Shown: positions 15,648 through 23,072 of the stretch, in pieces
How the letters are laid out: the number at the start of each line of letters is the position of its first letter
How positions within the stretch are numbered: the first letter of the stretch is position 1
NCBI RefSeq assembly: GCF_001548275.1
Contig: NZ_AP014945.1
Coordinates: 1,470,001-1,502,000, forward strand
DNA length: 32,000 nucleotides
Reading direction: 5' to 3'
From: Caldimicrobium thiodismutans
Lineage (GTDB): Bacteria; Desulfobacterota; Thermodesulfobacteria; Thermodesulfobacteriales; Thermodesulfobacteriaceae
The notes under the pieces: model-generated
What the model was told of the DNA's origin: nothing
What the model saw: only the letters and a program-made list of their open reading frames with translations
Database searches by the model: none
Translations under genes and position numbers: made by a program

Positions 15648-16925
15648 ATGATGAACTGGGCTAAAATTATAATTGGCGACAGCAGAAAAATGATAGAAGT
15701 CAAAGAGAGCAGTGTAGATTTAATTATCACATCTCCACCTTACTGGCATATAAAAGATTATGGAGTTAAAGGTCAGATAGGATACGGGCAAAGCCTTCAT
15801 GAGTATTTGAAAGATTTATACAGGATTTGGAAAGAGTGTTATCGGGTTCTTAAACCAGGAAGAAGATTATGTATAAATATAGGTGATCAATTTGCAAGGT
15901 CTATAATTTATGGTCAATATAAAATTATTCCACTTCATGCTGAAGTTATATCTCAATGCGAAGATATAGGGTTTGACTATATGGGTTCAATAATATGGCA
16001 GAAAAAAACCACTATGAATACAACGGGAGGAGCAAATGTAATGGGTTCATATCCATATCCACCTAATGGAATGATTGAAATTGATTATGAATTCATCCTA
16101 ATCTTTAGAAAAGCTGGAAAGACTGAAAAAGTATCACAAGAAATTAAAGAAAAATCAAGATTAACAAAGGAAGAATGGAAAGAATACTTCTATGGACACT
16201 GGAACTTTGGAGGAGCAAAACAAATTCAGCACGAAGCCATGTTTCCAGAAGAATTACCAAAAAGACTAATAAGAATGTATTCATTTGTTGGTGATGTTGT
16301 TCTTGATCCTTTCTTAGGAAGCGGAACTACTATAAAATCTGCTTTGAATTTAAACAGAAACGCAATAGGATATGAAATTAATGAAAAATTTTTAGACATT
16401 ATAAAAGAGAAACTCGGAATAAAACAAAGCATGTTAAAGTTTAGTGAAAACATTCAAATAATAAAACGGGAAATTCCAGTAGAAGTTGAAGAGATTTCTT
16501 ATATTCCGAGAATTAAACCTGCAGAGCCAAAATTAGACCAAAAGAAGTTTAACTTTAATGGCGATAAACTCTACAAAGTGGTTGATGTTATAGATACTTA
16601 TACTATTAAATTAAATACAGGTTTAATTATTAAGCTTTTAGGAGTAGAAGTCATCAAAAAGCAACAGGTGCTGGAATATCTAAATGATAGAGTTAAAGGA
16701 AAAGATGTTTATTTAAAATTTGATAAAGATTCTGTTTTAAATGAAAATACAGTTTGGGCTTATGTTTATTTAAAAAATAAAATTTTCGTGAACGCTTATC
16801 TGATTAAATCTGGACTTGCTGTTGCTGATAAGACAAAAGAGTATAGATATAAAACAAAGTTTATTGAGTTAGAAAAGGAGGTAAAAGATGGCAAAGGAAT
16901 GGATTTTGAATATGGCAACAAATAG
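15648..16925 (+). CDS. Beta-class N4-cytosine/N6-adenine DNA methyltransferase (SPPY type, N4C favoured) fused to a C-terminal degenerate SNase-like OB-fold domain
   Basis: Motif IV DLIITSPPY at the N-terminus and motif I VLDPFLGSGTT at about aa 220 (beta permutation). The C-terminal 130 aa (LYKVVDVIDTYTIKLNTGLIIKLLGVEV...VWAYVYLKNKIFVNAYLIKSGLAV) follows the thermonuclease fold pattern, but the GIDAPE-type catalytic residues are replaced. Confidence 0.85.
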   Translation: MMNWAKIIIGDSRKMIEVKESSVDLIITSPPYWHIKDYGVKGQIGYGQSLHEYLKDLYRIWKECYRVLKPGRRLCINIGDQFARSIIYGQYKIIPLHAEVISQCEDIGFDYMGSIIWQKKTTMNTTGGANVMGSYPYPPNGMIEIDYEFILIFRKAGKTEKVSQEIKEKSRLTKEEWKEYFYGHWNFGGAKQIQHEAMFPEELPKRLIRMYSFVGDVVLDPFLGSGTTIKSALNLNRNAIGYEINEKFLDIIKEKLGIKQSMLKFSENIQIIKREIPVEVEEISYIPRIKPAEPKLDQKKFNFNGDKLYKVVDVIDTYTIKLNTGLIIKLLGVEVIKKQQVLEYLNDRVKGKDVYLKFDKDSVLNENTVWAYVYLKNKIFVNAYLIKSGLAVADKTKEYRYKTKFIELEKEVKDGKGMDFEYGNK

Positions 16926-17568
16926 ATGGGGGCTGAACAAAAAAGATAGTGTAGGACCGGTTTCTAAATGGATTCGTGAGTGTAGTCCTAAGAAAATTGA
17001 AGACTGGGAAAAATATTATTTTAATAAGCTCGCTGATTTTCTTAAAAGTAAGGGTATTTCTTTATCTCCGAAGGAATATATTGACCATTTAGGGAAGAAA
17101 CTGTATATAAAAATCACGGAAGTTATTCAAGCGGAAATCGAAGAAGTGACAGAAGAAGATTGTATTGAATATATCTATAACCTTGTAATTGACAGGACTT
17201 ATGATGGATATCAAACAGAAATAAAAACAATATATGGGAAATTACAAAAAGATTTAGGTATAGAGATAAAACCAGCTCCAGACGAGTGGGATAGACTTTA
17301 TAATGTTGATTTTTACATTCAGGTAGGGGAAAAATATATAGGCTTACAAATAAAACCTATAACTTATGAACAAACACCAGAAATTTACAAATGGAAAGAG
17401 TGGTTGAGCAAAAGTCACAAAAAATTTGAGGGAAAATTTGGAGGTAAAGTATTTGTTATTTTCTCTATAAAGGAAGGTAAAAATAAAAAGATTTTTAATA
17501 AGGATATTGTAAATGAAATGAAAAAAGAAGTTCAAAGATTAGAAAAATTATATGAATTAACCGCATAA
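16888..17568 (+). CDS. Candidate type II restriction endonuclease (PD-(D/E)XK-like), partner of the upstream methyltransferase
   Basis: Overlaps the MTase 3' end by 38 nt, with AAGGAGG 6 nt upstream of the ATG. Possible catalytic core is YNVDFYIQVGEKYIGLQIKP. Family identity (for example MjaI-like) is only a recollection-level guess. Confidence 0.5.
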   Translation: MAKEWILNMATNRWGLNKKDSVGPVSKWIRECSPKKIEDWEKYYFNKLADFLKSKGISLSPKEYIDHLGKKLYIKITEVIQAEIEEVTEEDCIEYIYNLVIDRTYDGYQTEIKTIYGKLQKDLGIEIKPAPDEWDRLYNVDFYIQVGEKYIGLQIKPITYEQTPEIYKWKEWLSKSHKKFEGKFGGKVFVIFSIKEGKNKKIFNKDIVNEMKKEVQRLEKLYELTA

Positions 17569-17819
17569 ATTCCATAAAGAAGCTATTTTTTCAACATAAT
17601 CAAAGTTATAAATAACAAGGTCAATTCGTGTAACTGATCAAAAAAACAAGCGGAAAAGTTAAATGAGATGTAAATAATGTTGCCTTTGTAATTTTTAATT
17701 ATGGTAGTAACTGAGTGTAATAGAAGAAAATAGAGGATAAGGATAGAAATATTTTATATCTTGATTAGAATTTAATCTCCTTTTAGTTTTATTTTATTCC
17801 TTGTAAGGATGTGAGATGA

Positions 17820-17855
17820 AGCCCTGTCTCCCGGAGGGGGGCAGGAGACAGGGCT
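17820..17855 (-). terminator. GC-rich perfect hairpin downstream of the transporter operon
   Basis: agccctgtctcc (17820-17831) and ggagacagggct (17844-17855) form a 12-bp perfect stem with a 12-nt loop, 10 nt after the stop of the small ORF. The U-tract is poor, so intrinsic-terminator status is tentative. Confidence 0.5.
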
Positions 17856-17864
17856 AAGAAAAGA

Positions 17865-17990
17865 TTAGCCGTGAGAGGAAGGGAAGAAGGTGTAACTTAT
17901 CCAGACAAGGACTAATAATAAAATTATGCCAAGACCAATACAACCCCAAACTAATTTGCTTTCAAAAGGTAGCCAGGGATCATACTGCAT
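17865..17990 (-). CDS. Small single-TM peptide (41 aa from ATG 17990), possibly the 3' part of a frameshifted 57-aa ORF starting at 18037
   Basis: My translation: MQYDPWLPFESKLVWGCIGLGIILLLVLVWISYTFFPSSHG*. It is below the ORF-track size cutoff. A perfect AGGAGGTG SD serves a different ATG (18037) in another frame (see findings). Confidence 0.35.
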   Translation of the reverse strand: MQYDPWLPFESKLVWGCIGLGIILLLVLVWISYTFFPSSHG

Positions 17991-18056
17991 CTTTTCAAGT
18001 TCCTCTGCAATTTGTTCAGTTCTTACCTCTTCAGCCATGTTTCACCTCCTACTTAC

Positions 18057-19805
18057 TTATTGACCTACCATGGGTGGCTTTACACCGTGGAAGAAAATCC
18101 AGGAAATCAAAAGTCCAATCCAGATGATAAAACCAAAGAGACAGACCACATAGACCACTGCAAGTTTGCCGAGACCTTCTGCCCAGAGTTTTCTAAAGTC
18201 TGAAATGACCCCGATGGTGAAGAAGGTGATTAAGAAGAAGAGAACCCTTAAGGCATTTGTGCCAGCAGTAGCAGTTTTAGTCTGATCAACTACCTTTTTA
18301 GAATCTTTAATTTCTTCTTTTTTAGCCTTAATCTGAGCTTTTAACTCATTTAATTTGGCTTTAAGTTGCTCTTGAATGGCTGCATCCTGAGTAGTAGCAA
18401 GCTGAGCCTCAATTTTTTTGGCATCCTTTTCTATTAATTTTATTTGATCTTCAACAGATTTAACCTTGGGGGCATGGGGAGCAGAAATTATCAGCACCAC
18501 AAGAAATCCAACAAAATAGGCAAGAACAAACTTAGGAAATCTTTTCCAGATTTCACCAAGGCTAACTCTTTCTCCAGGTTTGCATTCAACAAAAGCACAC
18601 CAGATATAAGCTAATAAAAAGGCCCAGATACTAATAAAGATATCAATAAAAAGTTTTGTAGTTGCAGCAGCCATAAGAATCCAGCCTTCTTCATATTTGA
18701 TACCAGCCACAGCCTCAGCCTTAGCCCTTATAAGGGCATCAGTTATAGCTCCAGAAGCAAAGGCAGCTCCATCAGTTTTTACTGCAAGCCCCATCCAGGC
18801 ACCAGCAACCATAGGCTCTTTCCAGAGGAATATCTGAGCCAGAAAAGGCAAAATAACAAGCTCCATGACCGCAAAGATTACCACAAGAGAGGCAACCATA
18901 ATGGGAACCACAGGTCTTGCTCTTATAGCGCCTCCTGCAGCAATTGCCGCTGAAACTCCACAAATGGAAATACCTGCTGCTAAAGGAGCAGCCCACTCTT
19001 TACTGAATTTGAAATAGCGTCTGGCAATGAAATAGACAAGAGCCCAGTAGATTAGATAGGCTTCAACTATAGCACAAAGTCCTCTAAAAAATATTGCTGA
19101 AGCAAGTCCAAAGGCCTCTGCAGACTTTAAGCCAAGAAGAGCACCCATAAGACCAATAGCTGTCTTGATATAAAATTCAGGCCTGCAGGCTTCTTCCAAA
19201 AATTGGGCAAAGGGTCTGAAGAAGTTTCCAATTATAAGCCCAAGGGCAAGAGCAAAAATAAAACCTCCCTCTCCTGTCAATTTTAAAGCCCAGGGAATGT
19301 TAAATTTCTTAGGATCAGTGGCTGCAAAATAGGCATAATGACCAATCAACCAGCAGATATAGCTCAACCAGAAAATAAAGAAAAATCCAACCACAAATTT
19401 TCCTACATTAGCCCCGAGGAGATAGGCTCCAATAGCAAGAATTATCGTTAAAAAGATATAAGTAAGAACTAAAGAGGCAAAACCAGAAAGTCCCTTTTTC
19501 TCATAGGTCTGACCCACTTGATACTTAGTTGGATCATCAACGGTTACAGTCTGTTCCTTTCCATCCTTGGTTTTAATGGTAAGTTTGTTACCTTCAATTT
19601 TGGTGATTTCACCTTTGATTCCCTGATATTTTTTCCCTACAGGGCCTAAAGCCTTTTCAATCTGAATCCACTCGTTAGTGCTTATCACCCATCCGAAGGG
19701 GTCAATTCCTTTATAAGCAAGTAAAGAAACTAAAAATAAAATAATAGCTAACCAAAAAGCTAACCAGTCTTCATTTAAAACTCCCTTTTTGGCCTCTTCA
19801 GCCAT
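18057..19805 (-). CDS. YeiH/UPF0324-family (putative sulfate-exporter family) membrane transporter, atypically long
   Basis: Multi-TM with the family-typical AAGISICGVSAAIAAGGAI segment. It carries an extra N-terminal soluble segment (aa 32-105) and a K/E/Q coiled-coil insert (aa 445-515). SD AGGAGGTGAGG. Confidence 0.7.
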   Translation of the reverse strand: MAEEAKKGVLNEDWLAFWLAIILFLVSLLAYKGIDPFGWVISTNEWIQIEKALGPVGKKYQGIKGEITKIEGNKLTIKTKDGKEQTVTVDDPTKYQVGQTYEKKGLSGFASLVLTYIFLTIILAIGAYLLGANVGKFVVGFFFIFWLSYICWLIGHYAYFAATDPKKFNIPWALKLTGEGGFIFALALGLIIGNFFRPFAQFLEEACRPEFYIKTAIGLMGALLGLKSAEAFGLASAIFFRGLCAIVEAYLIYWALVYFIARRYFKFSKEWAAPLAAGISICGVSAAIAAGGAIRARPVVPIMVASLVVIFAVMELVILPFLAQIFLWKEPMVAGAWMGLAVKTDGAAFASGAITDALIRAKAEAVAGIKYEEGWILMAAATTKLFIDIFISIWAFLLAYIWCAFVECKPGERVSLGEIWKRFPKFVLAYFVGFLVVLIISAPHAPKVKSVEDQIKLIEKDAKKIEAQLATTQDAAIQEQLKAKLNELKAQIKAKKEEIKDSKKVVDQTKTATAGTNALRVLFFLITFFTIGVISDFRKLWAEGLGKLAVVYVVCLFGFIIWIGLLISWIFFHGVKPPMVGQ

Positions 19806-19920
19806 ATCCTCACCTCCTGCAATAAAGAATTTTTATGGCATAAACCCTCTGGAAAAAACTACTTCAACCCTTTCCACGCATAGCTCTCACCTCCTTTGAG
19901 AGGATTTATTAAAGTTTAAT

Positions 19921-19936
19921 CTCAAGAACTATGCCA
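19921..19936 (-). promoter_or_regulatory. Possible sigma54 (-24/-12) promoter for the transporter gene
   Basis: The minus strand reads TGGCATAGTTCTTGAG, compared with consensus TGGCAC-N5-TTGC. The GG is correct and the spacing is correct, but -12 is GA instead of GC. A sigma54 activator is encoded 1.8 kb away. Confidence 0.25.
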
Positions 19937-20009
19937 AAATAAAACTTAAATAAAATCAAAGATTCCATGTCATTTATGTAACCGATCAGAAATAAATTAG
20001 AATTGAGAT

Positions 20010-20025
20010 GTTACCTAAAGGTAAC
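20010..20025. promoter_or_regulatory. Perfect palindrome GTTACC-TAAA-GGTAAC in the divergent control region
   Basis: Read directly from the sequence. It lies 8 nt upstream of TTGACA (20034-20039; TAAAAT at 20056-20061) of the FeS operon and about 75 nt upstream of the putative -24 element on the other strand. A related half-site, GTAACC, is at 19978. Confidence 0.35.
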
Positions 20026-20090
20026 AAAAATTCTTGACAAATTTACTAAATGATTTAAAATTTTATATAGAATTTTGGGAGGTGCTATCT

Positions 20091-21056
20091 ATGGACTTAA
20101 ATAGAAGGCAGTTTTTTAAAGTTCTTGCAGGGATTACCGCTCTTACCATTGCTCCTAAAAAAAGTTTGGCCTATCAGGGTAAATTTGCAACCCTTATTGA
20201 TCTTACCAGATGTGATGGCTGTAAGGATGAGCCCATTCCAAGGTGTGTTAAGGCCTGTAGGGAGGAAAATAAGCATCGTTTCCCTGAACCACAAAAGCCC
20301 ATAATGCCTTACTGGCCAAGAAAGACCTATGAGGACTGGTCTGACAAAAGGGAAAAGATTGATACCCTTACTCCCTATAACTGGCTCTTTATTCAAAAAG
20401 TTGAGGTTGATGGAAAGACCCTTTATATTCCAAGAAGGTGTATGCATTGTGATACTCCTCCCTGTGTTAAAGGATGTCCCTTTGGGGCTTTATCAAAACA
20501 GCCAGAGGGGAATACTATTATAGATCACTCCATATGTTTTGGGGGAGCAAAGTGCAGAGATATTTGTCCTTGGCACATTCCACAGAGACAAGCAGGGGTT
20601 GGGATTTATCTTAAGCTTATGCCTAAATTTGCAGGTGGAGGAGTGATGTATAAATGTGATCTTTGTGATAGTAGAATTAAAAGAGGGGAGGAACCTGCCT
20701 GTGTGGTAGCCTGCAGAGAGAGGCTTAAGGACAGAGCTGTTTATAAATTTGGGCCAAGAGATGTAATTTATGCTGAGGTCAAAAATAGAGCGGAAAAGGA
20801 GGATTTATATATTTATGGCGATATTCAAAATGGTGGGACCTCAACTTTTTATCTCTCAGCTATTCCTTTTGAAAAGATAGAGGCAAAATTAAAGGAAATG
20901 AAAGCGAGATTTCAGATGCCGGTAACAGTTAAGAATCTTTACAAAGAGGATATTAATCCCTGGGGTAAAGTGGTTCTTGCTGCTTCTGTTTTAGGGGCAT
21001 TAACAGGCATTGCTGGTGCCTACATCTCTAAGAAAAAGGATGAGGAGGTGGTTTAA
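20091..21056 (+). CDS. Tat-exported four-cluster 4Fe-4S ferredoxin-type subunit with C-terminal membrane anchor (HybA/DmsB/FdnH-like)
   Basis: Start trimmed to ATG 20091 (GGGAGGTG upstream): MDLNRRQFFKVLAGITALTIAPKKSLA twin-arginine signal. Four Cys groups (CDGC...C...C, CMHCDTPPCVKGCP, CFGGAKCRDICP, CDLC...CVVAC). Terminal TM is VVLAASVLGALTGIAGAYI. Confidence 0.85.
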   Translation: MDLNRRQFFKVLAGITALTIAPKKSLAYQGKFATLIDLTRCDGCKDEPIPRCVKACREENKHRFPEPQKPIMPYWPRKTYEDWSDKREKIDTLTPYNWLFIQKVEVDGKTLYIPRRCMHCDTPPCVKGCPFGALSKQPEGNTIIDHSICFGGAKCRDICPWHIPQRQAGVGIYLKLMPKFAGGGVMYKCDLCDSRIKRGEEPACVVACRERLKDRAVYKFGPRDVIYAEVKNRAEKEDLYIYGDIQNGGTSTFYLSAIPFEKIEAKLKEMKARFQMPVTVKNLYKEDINPWGKVVLAASVLGALTGIAGAYISKKKDEEVV

Positions 21057-21057
21057 G

Positions 21058-21720
21058 ATGGGTAAAAAAATAAAGCGCTATGGTGCTATTATTCGCTTAG
21101 AACATTGGGTGGTTGCACTTTCAGGAATTATGCTCATTTTTACAGGGCTTGGGTGCTTACCTCTCTTTAAAAGATATTACATAACAGAGATTCCAGGTTT
21201 TGCATGGACCGCAAATTTTTACACCATTACCAAATTGCATTACATCTTTGCAATTTTTTTTGTCTTTGCTGTAGTTTTTCACCTCTTTTATCATGCTCTA
21301 AGAAAAGATTTTGGGCTTTTACCAAAAAAAGGAGACCTTGTGGCCTCTTTTAAGATGATCCTTGCTTCCTTTGGACTTAGCAAGGAACCTCCTTCAGATA
21401 AGTGGCTTCCTGAACAGAGATGGGCTTATGTGGGTATAGGTATCATTACTCTTGTAGTTCTCATAACTGGAATAATAAAAGTTTTGAAAAATCTGGAGTG
21501 GATTTATTTAGGTCCAAAGCTTGAGTCAACCATGAATCTTCTTCATACAATTTCAGGAGGATTATTTATATTGCTCTTTTTCATCCATATCTTTTTTGTT
21601 TTTGCAGTAAAATCTAACTGGCCCCTTTTCAAAGCCATGCTTACAGGCTATGTAGATGAAGAGTATGTTAAGCACAGACATTCTCTTTGGTATGAAAGGA
21701 TTAGAAGAAAACTTCAGTGA
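21058..21720 (+). CDS. Membrane di-heme cytochrome b (FdnI/HyaC, PF01292-like)
   Basis: Start trimmed to ATG 21058 (GAGGAGGTGG upstream, 1 nt after the FeS gene stop). RLEHWVVALSGIMLIFTGL and further His-containing TM helices. Confidence 0.8.
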   Translation: MGKKIKRYGAIIRLEHWVVALSGIMLIFTGLGCLPLFKRYYITEIPGFAWTANFYTITKLHYIFAIFFVFAVVFHLFYHALRKDFGLLPKKGDLVASFKMILASFGLSKEPPSDKWLPEQRWAYVGIGIITLVVLITGIIKVLKNLEWIYLGPKLESTMNLLHTISGGLFILLFFIHIFFVFAVKSNWPLFKAMLTGYVDEEYVKHRHSLWYERIRRKLQ

Positions 21721-23063
21721 GATTCAAAATTTTTGAGTTTCTGCCAGAGGGTCTTTCTGGAGATACCAAGCCTTCTGGCAGCTTCGCTCTTTTTTCCTTT
21801 ACATTCTTTTAAGGTTTGGAGTATGATTTCTCTTTCAAGTAGGGCCCTACACCTTTTGTAATCATGTGCAGGGTGGATCTCTCTATTTTTTGGTAAAAGC
21901 TCTTCAGGTAGATCATGCAGGGTAATAAGATTGTTTTGGGAGAGAAGGATTGCTCGTTCTATCAAATGCTTTAGTTCTCGCACATTACCTGGATAATCAT
22001 AACTTAAAAAAAACATATAAGCCTCTTGTGAAATCTGAGGTATGGGTCTACCATGTTTTTGAGCAAAATAATTGAGAAAGTATCTGATAAGGGATGGAAT
22101 ATCTTCCTTTCTTTCCCGCAATGGAGGGATTTTGAGGGGTATAACATTTAGGCGATAATAAAGATCATCTCTGAATTTCCCTTCTTCTACTAATTTTTTA
22201 AGGTCTCTATTGGTGGTAAAAAGATATCGGGTATTTACTTTGACCTCCCTTTTTGAGCCAAGGGGATAAAAGGAATTGGTTTCAAGGACTCTCAGGAGTT
22301 TGGGCTGGATATTTAAGGGTAGGTCCCCTATTTCGTCTAAAAGTATGGTTCCTCCGTTGGCTAATTCCAGTTTTCCTTTTTTAGATTCTGTTGCTCCAGT
22401 AAAGGCTCCTTTATCAAAACCAAAGAGCTCTGCCTCAAAAAGGGTATCAGGAATGGCGGTGCAGTTAATTTTAATATATGGCCCATCTCTGCGGGAAGAG
22501 AGTTTATGAATGAGATCAGCCACAAGTTCTTTACCTGTGCCTGATTCTCCATAAATTAAGGCAGGAACATCAGATCTGGCAATTATTTCAATTTTTTGTT
22601 TCAATTCCTTTATAATTTTACTTTCTCCAATTAGTTCCACTGTCAATTTTTCAGCGGGGATTCTTTCTTTAAGGAGTTCTAATTCTCTTTCCAGGCGTTT
22701 AAATTTAAAAAACTTTTCTAAGGCAATAAGGAGCTCTTCTTCTTGAAAGGGTTTGGCTAAATAATCAAAGGCTCCATCCTTAATAGCCTGGACCGCTGAT
22801 TTTACTTCTGCATAGGCAGTAATAATGATTACACCAGTATCAGGAGTGAGGGCTTTTATTTCTTTAAGCAGTTCAAGACCATCATAATCCGGAAGTTTTA
22901 AATCTAAAAGGACAACATCAAAAAACTCTTTAGCCAAAAGTGTTAAGGCCTTGAGGCCTGTCTCGCATACTCTAACCTCAAAACCATGAGATGTTAGAAT
23001 ACCCTGTAGAGCGGTTCTTATAAGAATCTCATCATCAATAACCAGTATGCGGATTTTGTCCAT
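21714..23063 (-). CDS. Sigma54-dependent response regulator (NtrC family)
   Basis: Receiver domain (DDE...LLDLKLPD), AAA+ domain (GESGTGKE, GAFTGA, EAELFGF), C-terminal Fis-type HTH (AARRLGISRKTLWQKLK). Confidence 0.95.
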   Translation of the reverse strand: MDKIRILVIDDEILIRTALQGILTSHGFEVRVCETGLKALTLLAKEFFDVVLLDLKLPDYDGLELLKEIKALTPDTGVIIITAYAEVKSAVQAIKDGAFDYLAKPFQEEELLIALEKFFKFKRLERELELLKERIPAEKLTVELIGESKIIKELKQKIEIIARSDVPALIYGESGTGKELVADLIHKLSSRRDGPYIKINCTAIPDTLFEAELFGFDKGAFTGATESKKGKLELANGGTILLDEIGDLPLNIQPKLLRVLETNSFYPLGSKREVKVNTRYLFTTNRDLKKLVEEGKFRDDLYYRLNVIPLKIPPLRERKEDIPSLIRYFLNYFAQKHGRPIPQISQEAYMFFLSYDYPGNVRELKHLIERAILLSQNNLITLHDLPEELLPKNREIHPAHDYKRCRALLEREIILQTLKECKGKKSEAARRLGISRKTLWQKLKNFESH

Positions 23064-23072
23064 AAAAGAACT

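Noticed and set aside
15503-15730. Minus-strand 75-aa ORF spanning the helicase stump and the MTase start
   Set aside because: It is hydrophobic low-complexity sequence antisense to two better-supported frames, with no SD.
15281-17860. Direct repeats or att-like duplications bounding the R-M island
   Set aside because: The only shared string I saw (ttttatttta near 15288 and 17788) is AT-rich low complexity. No integrase, tRNA or convincing target duplication is present, so the insertion mechanism is unresolved.
20034-20090. Long N-terminal extensions given by the ORF track (20034 FeS, 21010 cyt b, 25034 kinase, 24901 TlpA, 6280 zapB-like)
   Set aside because: In each case an internal ATG has a canonical SD at 5-8 nt. 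That ATG yields the expected N-terminus (Tat signal, TM helix, signal anchor), whereas the extensions run through promoters or neighbouring genes.
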